Source: Pseudomonadota bacterium | GTDB lineage: Bacteria; Pseudomonadota; Gammaproteobacteria; Burkholderiales; SG8-39 | DNA length: 64,000 nucleotides | Direction of reading: 5' to 3' | Assembly: GCA_025352885.1 (NCBI GenBank) | Contig: JANXRZ010000102.1 | Span: 2,205-66,204 of the forward strand | Shown: piece after piece, positions 12,401-19,387 of the stretch | Position numbering within the stretch: position 1 is the first letter of the stretch | How the letters are laid out: each line of letters begins with the position of its first letter | Position numbers and translations under genes: made by a program | The notes under the pieces: generated by a model | Database searches by the model: none | Told to the model about the DNA's origin: nothing | The model's input: the letters and a program-made list of their open reading frames with translations, nothing else

Positions 12401-13020
12401 GTGTGGACGGGTACGAGACGCATGAAGTCGAGCTTGGCCGGCACCTTGAAGAGCACCCCCGCGCGATGCTTCTTTTTTCCTTCCGGGCTCGTCGTGGCCC
12501 ACGCCGCGTAACGCGCGGCCAGCTCCAGCTTCGCCGCGTTCAGTGCCTCGTCCTTCTGCCACTCGGTCACATGCCACGCGAACGCGAGCTCGGTGAAAGG
12601 CTCCTCGAACAGGGTCGCCAGTTCTTTCTCGACGGTCTCGCCGTTTACCGCCGCGGCGTCCTCGGCTTTGACCTTATGCACTGCGCGCCGCTGCACGAAC
12701 AAGCGCTTGACCGAGTAAATCGGCGCCAGTTCGTGATGCTGGGCCGCGAGCGCTTGCAGCTCCGATTCGATCCCGAAAAGCTTGCCCAGGAAATCTTCCA
12801 GATGCGGCGCGAGCGCAATCAGGAGCTCCGATTCCCCTTTTTCTGCCAACGCGGAAGGATCGTGGCGCGCTGCGATCAGGCGCTCGACAAGCCCATCATC
12901 GGCTTCACGCATGAAGTCGAGGAAAGCAACATCGAGCCGGACGAGGGCGTCGCGATCGTAAAGGTCGGCGAAGGAGAGGCCGAAGCGCAGAGACGGGACG
13001 GGATCATTACTGGTTATCAA
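9499..13020 (-). CDS. Large fused oxidoreductase: unknown N-terminal domain, then a GltD/NfnB-like Fe-S + FAD/NAD(P) module, then a PyrK/NfnA-like FAD + [2Fe-2S] module
   Basis: Cys clusters CIWCHEQGKDSC, GCPLEEK and RICNDCMKSC. Dinucleotide fold motifs VLVVGLGPAGFG and VVVIGGGLTAID. C-terminal motifs FKPGQFYRLQ, VVLVGGGLGNA and MQCMMKEICAQC...FSC. TTG start at 13020. Confidence 0.75.
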   Translation of the reverse strand: MITSNDPVPSLRFGLSFADLYDRDALVRLDVAFLDFMREADDGLVERLIAARHDPSALAEKGESELLIALAPHLEDFLGKLFGIESELQALAAQHHELAPIYSVKRLFVQRRAVHKVKAEDAAAVNGETVEKELATLFEEPFTELAFAWHVTEWQKDEALNAAKLELAARYAAWATTSPEGKKKHRAGVLFKVPAKLDFMRLVPVHTDESKGFPQHTLSDDHLRLREGFGLTDAGTDLNGALDQANYCIWCHEQGKDSCSKGLREKAPAGGYRKSVFGVTLAGCPLEEKISEFHLLKARGEPLGALAMICVDNPIVAATGHRICNDCMKSCIYQKQAPVDIPQAETRTLKDVLELPWGFEIYSLLTRWNPLHLARPFPKGSSGKRVLVVGLGPAGFGLSHHLMNDGHVVVAIDGLKIEPLPAEYSGVDPVGRRVPFKAIREVKELYESLSDRVMAGFGGVAEYGITVRWDKNFLKIIRLLLERRSQFSMFGGVRFGGTITAEDAFASRETGGLGFDHVALAAGAGRPTLLEIPNGFARGVRAASDFLMALQLTGAAKADSIANLQIRLPVVVIGGGLTAIDTATESLAYYVVQVAKFLSRYDSLVASKGEQAVRAPWNREEQAIADEFIAHGRALRKAPPAEHVGLLKSWGGVTIAYRRRLVDSPSYTLNHEEVEKALEEGITFAEGLSPIRVEIDEFGHTKAVQFAVQTMGADGKWAEAGSTALPARSLLVAAGTQPNTVLAREDAANFKLDGKYFEACDEDGNTVKPERAISKPERKDVLLHRNGDGRFISFFGDLHPSFFGNVVKAMGGAKQGYPVVSGVLAKVPAASKLDDAAFLASINTDLRPVVHEVKRLTPTIVEVVVRAPVAARKFKPGQFYRLQNFESLATRVAGTTLAMEGLALTGAWVDKGKGLLSTIVLEMGGSADLCAYLKPGEPVVLMGPTGTPTEIPSDETVVLVGGGLGNAVLFSIGQALRTAGSKVLYFAGYKKMIDRYKVEEIEKAADVVVWCSDEAPGFKPTRRQDRTFVGNIVEAMKAYAGGALGDQVIAYRDCDRIIAIGSDRMMGAVALARHGTLKPYLKDSHVGIGSINSPMQCMMKEICAQCIQPHTDAKTGKQTFVFSCFNQDQPLDSVDFAALNQRLGQNGVQEKLTAQWIDRCLRELKLRPERKAA

Positions 13021-13031
13021 GGTCTGGGCAA

Positions 13032-13046
13032 TTTTTCAATGAAAAA
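13032..13046. promoter_or_regulatory. Perfect 7-1-7 inverted repeat TTTTTCA-A-TGAAAAA (candidate operator)
   Basis: Read directly from the sequence. It lies between the predicted -10 and the TTG start of the 1173-aa gene. Confidence 0.4.
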
Positions 13047-13052
13047 CATGAA

Positions 13053-13081
13053 ATTATCGCCGACCGGCGCCCTGTGCTCAA
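13053..13081 (-). promoter_or_regulatory. Putative sigma70 promoter for the 1173-aa oxidoreductase gene
   Basis: On the minus strand: -35 TTGAGC (13081-13076), a 17-nt spacer, and -10 GATAAT (13058-13053). Confidence 0.45.
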
Positions 13082-13097
13082 CAGGGATATTGGCGTC

Positions 13098-14051
13098 TCA
13101 ATCAGGGTGGGATATGCCGGCACGTTGAAGGTCGCGGATGAGTGCATTGTGCTCGTCGGCTGTGAGACCACGGACCGGCGGGCGCGTCGGTCCTGCGGCC
13201 AGGCCCATCTGTGCAGCCCATACCTTGAGCGCCGCATTGGGCGGACGGCCGGTCGTGCGCATCGGTTCCATTATCCAACGGTCGTAGATGGGCCGAAGCG
13301 GGGCGAGTTGCTCGAACCCCGCGCGACAGCCTTCTAGATCACCGCTTTGAAACTTCGCGTAGTACCCGGCGATCGGTCGATGGCCGGCGCGCTGGTAGAG
13401 GTAAGGCTCGGGATCCGCGAAGAGCAGCGTTTGCCGATGCTCGGTCAGGTTCTCGAACCAGTGCTTCTCCATGGGATCGCTGACCACGACTTTTGCGCCG
13501 CAGGCCCGGCGGACCTCGACGCGATCCTTGTCATCTCCCGCCGCCTTGATGCCGCGGACATTCGGGATCTCGCAGAGCCGCGCCAGCAACGGCGGATTCA
13601 GCAGGTAGCCCGAGGCTGGCGTGTTGAACAGGATGATCTCGATGTCTGACGCCGAGCACACGGTCTCGAAGTAATCGAGCAAGGCTTCATCGGTACGCGG
13701 GCCGACCGCCGGGTTCATCAGCGTCGCGTAATGGCAGCCCGAGGCCGCGGCGTGACGAATCAAGTCGATCGTCTCGGTCGGGGAGTGATGGGTGCAGTTC
13801 GGCGCAAGTCCCAGCCGGCCTCCGGCAGCCGAAGCGAGCGTTTCGACGACCAATTTTCTCTCAGGCAGCGTGAGCGACCAGTACTCGCCCATGAGACCGC
13901 AAAAGAACACGCCTTTCAATTGGAGGGCCTGGGTGTAGATGTCGGCGTTCTTCCGCAGCCCCTCGGTATCGAGCGCCCCGTCCGGCCGGAAAGGCGTATG
14001 AATGGCGGCCCAGATGCCGCCCTCTTCAATCCTGAATGCGTGCTTGCCCAT
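13098..14051 (-). CDS. Dihydrodipicolinate synthase (DapA)/N-acetylneuraminate lyase-family protein
   Basis: DapA-family-like sequence from MGKHAFRIEEGGIWAAIHTPF onward. The ATG at 14051 has GGAG 8 nt upstream. The longer track ORF (to 14435) overlaps the divergent SDR gene. Confidence 0.75.
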   Translation of the reverse strand: MGKHAFRIEEGGIWAAIHTPFRPDGALDTEGLRKNADIYTQALQLKGVFFCGLMGEYWSLTLPERKLVVETLASAAGGRLGLAPNCTHHSPTETIDLIRHAAASGCHYATLMNPAVGPRTDEALLDYFETVCSASDIEIILFNTPASGYLLNPPLLARLCEIPNVRGIKAAGDDKDRVEVRRACGAKVVVSDPMEKHWFENLTEHRQTLLFADPEPYLYQRAGHRPIAGYYAKFQSGDLEGCRAGFEQLAPLRPIYDRWIMEPMRTTGRPPNAALKVWAAQMGLAAGPTRPPVRGLTADEHNALIRDLQRAGISHPD

Positions 14052-14135
14052 CTTCTCCAATCCCAGAACGTGATGCCGGTTGCTGGCCGGGGGCGGAGCC
14101 TTTAGCATCTCTCCCTCGTCAAAAAGGATGATGAC

Positions 14136-14897
14136 ATGCAACTCAAGGACAGCGTATTCCTCATTACCGGCGGGGCATCGGGCCTGGGGGCCGCCAGCGC
14201 GCGCATGGCTGCGGAAAACGGCGCAAAGGTTGTCATCGCGGACCTGCAGGACGGCTCCGCCTATGCAAAGGAGCTTGGGGCCAACGCCCGCTACATCAAG
14301 ACCAACGTGACGGCGGAAGCCGATGGCAAGGCCGCGGTGGAACTGGCGCTCAAGGAATTCGGCGGACTGAACGTGTTGATCAATTGTGCGGGCATTGCGA
14401 TCGGCGAGAAGACCATCGGCAAGAACGGCCCGCATGCACTCGATTCGTTCTCCCGCGTCATCACGGTCAACCTGATCGGCACGTTCAACATGATCCGCCT
14501 CGCAGCCGAGGCAATGGCAAAGGGCAAGCCGAACGCATCAGGGGAGCGCGGCGTAATCGTGAATACCGCTTCGGTTGCCGCCTACGACGGCCAAATCGGG
14601 CAGGCGGCCTATTCGGCCTCCAAAGGCGGCGTGGTCGGCATGACCCTGCCGATTGCACGCGACCTTTCTCGCGACGGCATTCGCGTCTGCACGATTGCGC
14701 CCGGCATCTTCGAGACGCCGATGCTGCTCGGCATGCCGAAGGAAGTGCAGGACGCGCTGGGCAAGATGGTGCCATTCCCTTCACGCCTTGGCCGTGCCCC
14801 GGAATATGCCGCGTTGGCAAGGCACATCGTCGAGAACGAAATGCTCAACGGCGAGACCATCCGGCTCGACGGCGCAATCCGCATGGCGCCGAAATAA
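14136..14897 (+). CDS. Short-chain dehydrogenase, 3-hydroxyacyl-CoA dehydrogenase type II-like
   Basis: Motifs [13 protein letters not shown], and the S...YSASK catalytic motif. Overall resemblance to the HSD17B10/FadB2 type. Confidence 0.85.
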   Translation: MQLKDSVFLITGGASGLGAASARMAAENGAKVVIADLQDGSAYAKELGANARYIKTNVTAEADGKAAVELALKEFGGLNVLINCAGIAIGEKTIGKNGPHALDSFSRVITVNLIGTFNMIRLAAEAMAKGKPNASGERGVIVNTASVAAYDGQIGQAAYSASKGGVVGMTLPIARDLSRDGIRVCTIAPGIFETPMLLGMPKEVQDALGKMVPFPSRLGRAPEYAALARHIVENEMLNGETIRLDGAIRMAPK

Positions 14898-14944
14898 GCC
14901 GTCCGCGCAACGCCGCGATCATCGGCGGCGGGCCGGCCGGCCTG

Positions 14945-16120
14945 ATGGCAGCAGAGGTGCTCACTCAAGGCGGCGTACAGGTCGATCTCTTCGACAGCAT
15001 GCCGTCGGTGGGCCGCAAATTCCTGTTGGCGGGCAAAGGCGGGCTGAACCTTACTCACTCGGAGGCCTCCGGTCCCTTCCTTGAGCGATACGGCAAGCGT
15101 CGTGACGCGATCGAGCCGCTGCTCGCGGCGTTCGGTCCTGCGGCCCTCGTTGAATGGGTCCGGGCGCCCGGCTTCGAAGTCTTCACAGGAAGCTCCGGCC
15201 GAATATTTCCAGTCGGCATGAAGGCTGCGCCGATGCTTCGCGCATGGCTGCATCGCCTGCGTGCCTCTGGCGTGCGGTTCCACCTGCGGCACAAATGGAA
15301 CGGGTGGAGCGAGAGCGGTTCCCTTCAATTCGAGACGCCACGTGGGGCTGTCACGGTGGATGCCGATGCGACGGTTCTGGCGGCAGGAGGAGGCAGCTGG
15401 CCGAAGTTGGGCAGCGATGCGTCATGGGTTCCGCTGTTGGCTTCGCGCGGCGTGTCGATCGCGCCGCTTCGACCAGTCAATTGCGGCTTCGACGTCGAGG
15501 GAGGGTGGAGCGCGCACTTCCGGGCGCGGTTTGCCGGCCAGCCGATCAAGCCAGTGGTCCTCGACTTCGGGGCATCCTTTCGCCGCCAGGGCGAATTTGT
15601 CCTGACGGACACCGGCCTGGAAGGGAGCCTAGTGTATGCAGCGTCTGCTGAGATCCGAGACGAAATCGAAGCCCATGGCTTTTCCGTCATGCACCTGGAC
15701 CTCTTGCCCGATCGCGACGCCGAACGTGTGCTGAGAGAAGTCAGCCATCCCCGCGGCAGCCGGTCGATGTCTTCGCACCTCCAGAGCCGGACGGGCTTGA
15801 AAGGCGCGAAGGTCGGGCTGTTGCGCGAGCTGGTGTCAAAGGAAGACTTCGCCGATCCCGGGCGCCTCGCTGCCGCGATCAAACATCTGCCCGTGCGGCT
15901 GGCCGCACCTCGCCCGCTCGAAGAAGCGATCAGCACGTCAGGCGGCGTGCGGTTTGAAGATCTCGACGCTTGCCTGATGTTCCGTTCGCTGCCTGGCATT
16001 TTCTGTGCAGGCGAGATGCTCGACTGGGAAGCGCCTACGGGCGGCTATCTGCTCACTGCATGCTTTGCGTCGGGGCGTGCTGCGGGGCGTGGTGCGTCCC
16101 GCTGGCTAGCCACGCAGTGA
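14945..16120 (+). CDS. HI0933/BaiN-like NAD(P)/FAD-dependent flavoprotein (TIGR03862-like); start codon unresolved
   Basis: The homologous region begins at AAIIGGGPAGLMAAE (nt ~14912), upstream of the first canonical start (ATG 14945). Also GRKFLLAGKGGLNLTH and C-terminal FCAGEMLDWEAPTGGYLL. Confidence 0.7.
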   Translation: MAAEVLTQGGVQVDLFDSMPSVGRKFLLAGKGGLNLTHSEASGPFLERYGKRRDAIEPLLAAFGPAALVEWVRAPGFEVFTGSSGRIFPVGMKAAPMLRAWLHRLRASGVRFHLRHKWNGWSESGSLQFETPRGAVTVDADATVLAAGGGSWPKLGSDASWVPLLASRGVSIAPLRPVNCGFDVEGGWSAHFRARFAGQPIKPVVLDFGASFRRQGEFVLTDTGLEGSLVYAASAEIRDEIEAHGFSVMHLDLLPDRDAERVLREVSHPRGSRSMSSHLQSRTGLKGAKVGLLRELVSKEDFADPGRLAAAIKHLPVRLAAPRPLEEAISTSGGVRFEDLDACLMFRSLPGIFCAGEMLDWEAPTGGYLLTACFASGRAAGRGASRWLATQ

Positions 16121-16365
16121 AGACCTGGACGCTGTATCTGCTTGAATGCGTCGACGGCAGCATTTACACGGGCATCACCGTCAATTTGACGAAGCGCTTC
16201 GCGGCGCATGCAGCGGGACGAGGCGGAAACTACACGCGCTCTCATGCGCCGGTGCGCGTCCTGGCCACTTTCGAGTACCCGGACCGCTCGGCCGCTTCGA
16301 AAGCCGAATACGAAATGAAGCAATTGCCTGCGGCGGAGAAGCGCAGGAAGGCCGGCGCCGCCTAG
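16117..16365 (+). CDS. Small GIY-YIG nuclease-superfamily protein (UPF0213/YhbQ-like)
   Basis: Motifs WTLYLLECVDGSIYTGIT and RFAAH...NYTR. The GTG start overlaps the upstream TGA (GTGA). Confidence 0.8.
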   Translation: MKTWTLYLLECVDGSIYTGITVNLTKRFAAHAAGRGGNYTRSHAPVRVLATFEYPDRSAASKAEYEMKQLPAAEKRRKAGAA

Positions 16366-18086
16366 TTCACATCGGCGGCGAAGAGCTTGTCGTAAGCCTC
16401 GAGCAAAGTCTGGTGCATTGCGCTGCCTTCCATGTCCACGCCGAGCGTCTCAAGGTCGAAGAAGCGCTCGCTGCGGTCGAGAAGCGCACGCGCCTGCCGC
16501 ACTGTCTGCGCCCCATACAGCAACGTGAGCGCGCGCAGGTGCGCGGGAACGTCATCGAGGTCCATAAGGGTCTCAATGCAGCGGTATACGAGCCGTCGCG
16601 ACGGTGTCATTTGTTGGTAGTGGCGGATCCAGTCGCAGCCTTCGCGGATGGCTTCTTCATCGCCGATGGCCAGGGCAACGAGGGTCTTCAGTTCGCCGAT
16701 GCGCAACTGCTTCCAGGGCGTACCCGGCGGGATCGCGAGCCCGAGAATCTCCCAAAGCGGCCGCTCGTCGTTCAAGTTGAGCGTCTGGAGATCGGCGAGC
16801 AGGTCGGTGAGTTCCGGCTCTTTAAGTTCATGCAGCTTTACCAGTGCAGGCCTGATGTGGTTGCCGACACTGTTGTTTTCCCATTCGAGGTCTTCGACCG
16901 GATAGATCTCCGACATGCCGGGCACGAGGATGCGGCAGCTGTATGCGCCTTGCTCGGAGAAATCCGCCACGTAGATGTCCTTACCCTCGCGCGTGATGCA
17001 CTCGCACAGCCACGCGTAATCCTCAGCCGTGGTCGTGCTGAAGTTCCAGTCCGCGAACGGGAAGTCCGGCGTATCGCGCAGGAAATTCCAGTGGATCACG
17101 CCGCTCGAGTCGACGAAGTGGATCTCGAGGTTGGACGCCATCGTGATCTCTTCCATGTCGAAGCTGGGCTCCGGGAAGCCTTCCAGCGATTCCAGCGCCC
17201 GGCCTTGCAGCAACTCGGTCAGCGCCCTTTCGAGTGCGATCTCGAATCGCGGATGGGCGCCAAAGCTGGCAAAACACCCCTGATCCGTGGGATGCAGCAG
17301 CGTCACGTTCATGACCGGGTAGCGTCCGCCGAGGGAAGCATCGCGAACGAGGATCCCGAACCCTGCCTCGCGCAGCCCCTTGATGCCGGCGGCGATGCCG
17401 GGGTAACGGGCGATGACGTGCTCCGGCACCTCGGGCAGGCACAGGCCTTCGGCGATGATCCGGTTTTTGATGTGGCGCTCGAAGATCTCGGACATCGCCT
17501 GGCTGCGCGCTTCCATCAGTGTGTTGCCGGCGGCCATCCCGTTGCTGACGTACAGGTTGCCGATGATGTTGACCGGGAACCAGGTCTTCACACCGTCTCG
17601 AAGGCGCGTGTAGGGGAGGGCGCAGATGCCACGCGCCACATTGCCGGAGTTGAGATCAATCAAGACCTCGCTGCCGATCGAGCTGTCCGGGTTGTAAAAG
17701 GCATGCAGCTCCGGATTGAGCAGTTCCGCCGGCCAGGCCGGGTCGCCGGTCGGCGCAAACCAGCGCTCCTGGGGGTAATGGACGAAGGGCCGATTCGCTC
17801 TCGTCTGCCCTAGGTAAAAGTGGGTCCAGAAATAGTGGGTGTTCAGGCGCTCGAAAAATTCTCCGAGGGCGCTTGCTCGCGCGGCTAGTTTCGTCGCGCC
17901 CTTGCCGTTAGAAAACAGCATCGGGCAATCCCTGTCGCGGACATGCACCGACCAGATCGACTCCACCGGATTGAGCCAGGACGACTCGTCCATGTGGAAG
18001 CCGCGCGCAGCAAGCTTGTCCTGCATAGTGCGGATGGTCGACTCGAGCGAGGCATCCTTGCCCGGGATGAAGCTTTCGGTTTGCAT
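16362..18086 (-). CDS. ycaO: YcaO, full-length E. coli type (ATP-dependent amide-activating superfamily, non-TOMM class)
   Basis: Collinear with my recollection of E. coli YcaO across FIPGKDASLE, FSNGKGATK, ALGEFFERL, GNLYVSNGMAAGNT, FASFGAHP, ELLQGR, CRILVPGMSEIYP and LRIGELK. The ATG at 18086 has AAGGA upstream. Confidence 0.9.
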   Translation of the reverse strand: MQTESFIPGKDASLESTIRTMQDKLAARGFHMDESSWLNPVESIWSVHVRDRDCPMLFSNGKGATKLAARASALGEFFERLNTHYFWTHFYLGQTRANRPFVHYPQERWFAPTGDPAWPAELLNPELHAFYNPDSSIGSEVLIDLNSGNVARGICALPYTRLRDGVKTWFPVNIIGNLYVSNGMAAGNTLMEARSQAMSEIFERHIKNRIIAEGLCLPEVPEHVIARYPGIAAGIKGLREAGFGILVRDASLGGRYPVMNVTLLHPTDQGCFASFGAHPRFEIALERALTELLQGRALESLEGFPEPSFDMEEITMASNLEIHFVDSSGVIHWNFLRDTPDFPFADWNFSTTTAEDYAWLCECITREGKDIYVADFSEQGAYSCRILVPGMSEIYPVEDLEWENNSVGNHIRPALVKLHELKEPELTDLLADLQTLNLNDERPLWEILGLAIPPGTPWKQLRIGELKTLVALAIGDEEAIREGCDWIRHYQQMTPSRRLVYRCIETLMDLDDVPAHLRALTLLYGAQTVRQARALLDRSERFFDLETLGVDMEGSAMHQTLLEAYDKLFAADVN

Positions 18087-18118
18087 TCGGGGTCCTTGCG
18101 AAATCGGAACGTGAAGAG

Positions 18119-19387
18119 TCAGCGCTTTTTTGCGGCCGCCTTGATGTGGCAATGCTCGGCGAGGCTGCGCACGATGGGATCCATCGCGCCATCAGGGTCC
18201 TCGAGAATCAGCTGCTCGATCATTTCGGGGTAGAACTCGTCGTCCCAGAGCGCGATCAGGTCGTCGATCATTTCGTGCGGCGCGCTGCGGCGGATGAACT
18301 CCGGCACGGTCCTCACCGCCGCCCCATCGGTGCGGATCGCTTTAATCGCGGCCTTTGCCTCTGCCACCGTAATGGACGGCTTGGCCGTTTTGCCGGCGGC
18401 GAGGCACAGGAATACGGTATTCATCGAATCCGTATCCGTCATGCCCTTGGTCACCTTGCGCCATTCGTCGGTGACCATCGTGTCGTAGTCGCTGACTTCG
18501 GAGGACAGCGAAAAATGGTGGAAGCGGTCGTGGTACTCACGCACGAGGTCATTGAACGGCACTTTCGCATCCGCGATGCGCGCGAGATCCTTCGTCACCA
18601 GGCGCGTGAGGTGGCGCGCCGTAGCCTTGAGATGCTCGTCAGGCACGTCCAGCACCAGTTCTTCAAGCGCGTCGCGCGAAGGCTTCGCCTTCTTCTTCGA
18701 GCGCCGCACCGACTTGAGGAAAGCCTTGAGCTCGGCGGCGCTGAGCAAGGCGCCTTCGAACCGGCCGGCCATGCGCGTGAGCAGGCAGGCGTCGAGGACG
18801 CTTTCCGCCGATTCCCCGTACAAGGCCTCGCGCGCAATCTCCATGACGTCGGCGAACCACAGCGCAGCCTGGATCTCCTCGACAAAGACTTGCCGCTCGG
18901 CCAGGCGCGCGCGGTACTCGGCCACGCTCCACGGTTCCGCGAGTGTGCGAAGGCGCAGGAACTCGCGTACATCGTCGGGCTCCGAGGGTTCGGGGATCGC
19001 GGAGTCGGTGGGCATCGCGAACAACGCCTTGAGCATCTGCGAGCCGCCCCGGGAATGGGACAGGAAGGAATTCTCCTGCAGGGACCGGGCTGCACGGTTC
19101 ATGCTCCCGTCCGAGACATGCTCCAGATAGAAGCTCGCGAGGTACACCATGCGCTTGAGCGCCTCGTCGAGGTCGGTCCGCAAGTGCGACGTGCCGAAGT
19201 AGTCGGCAATCTGCACGATGCCTTTGGCGCCCTCGGAGCGCAGCGTTTCCAGCTTTTCGGAGTCGATGAGGCCGTTCTTGAGGCCGTGGTCGAGGGCGCG
19301 CGCGAAGTAGGGCCGCGCGTCGTAGGACGCGAGGGACTGCGACGCGTTCGACTGCGACACATCTGCGGTGGGCGCCGGACTGCTCAA
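18119..19387 (-). CDS. Hypothetical protein (422 aa, helical-looking, internal KKKAK patch); no family recognised
   Basis: Long ORF in an operon with ycaO. The TTG start overlaps the upstream TGA (TTGA at 19384-19387). An alternative GTG start lies at 19360. Confidence 0.65.
   Translation of the reverse strand: MSSPAPTADVSQSNASQSLASYDARPYFARALDHGLKNGLIDSEKLETLRSEGAKGIVQIADYFGTSHLRTDLDEALKRMVYLASFYLEHVSDGSMNRAARSLQENSFLSHSRGGSQMLKALFAMPTDSAIPEPSEPDDVREFLRLRTLAEPWSVAEYRARLAERQVFVEEIQAALWFADVMEIAREALYGESAESVLDACLLTRMAGRFEGALLSAAELKAFLKSVRRSKKKAKPSRDALEELVLDVPDEHLKATARHLTRLVTKDLARIADAKVPFNDLVREYHDRFHHFSLSSEVSDYDTMVTDEWRKVTKGMTDTDSMNTVFLCLAAGKTAKPSITVAEAKAAIKAIRTDGAAVRTVPEFIRRSAPHEMIDDLIALWDDEFYPEMIEQLILEDPDGAMDPIVRSLAEHCHIKAAAKKR

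Noticed and set aside
14384-14944. 5' extension of the flavoprotein ORF giving a 578-aa product
   Set aside because: The extension overlaps the SDR gene in another frame and encodes Arg-rich low-complexity sequence. Homology starts only at about 14912.
16117-16365. GIY-YIG gene as a homing endonuclease or mobile element
   Set aside because: It is only 82 aa (catalytic GIY-YIG module alone, UPF0213-like). It has no DNA-binding domain, no intron/intein context and no flanking repeats.
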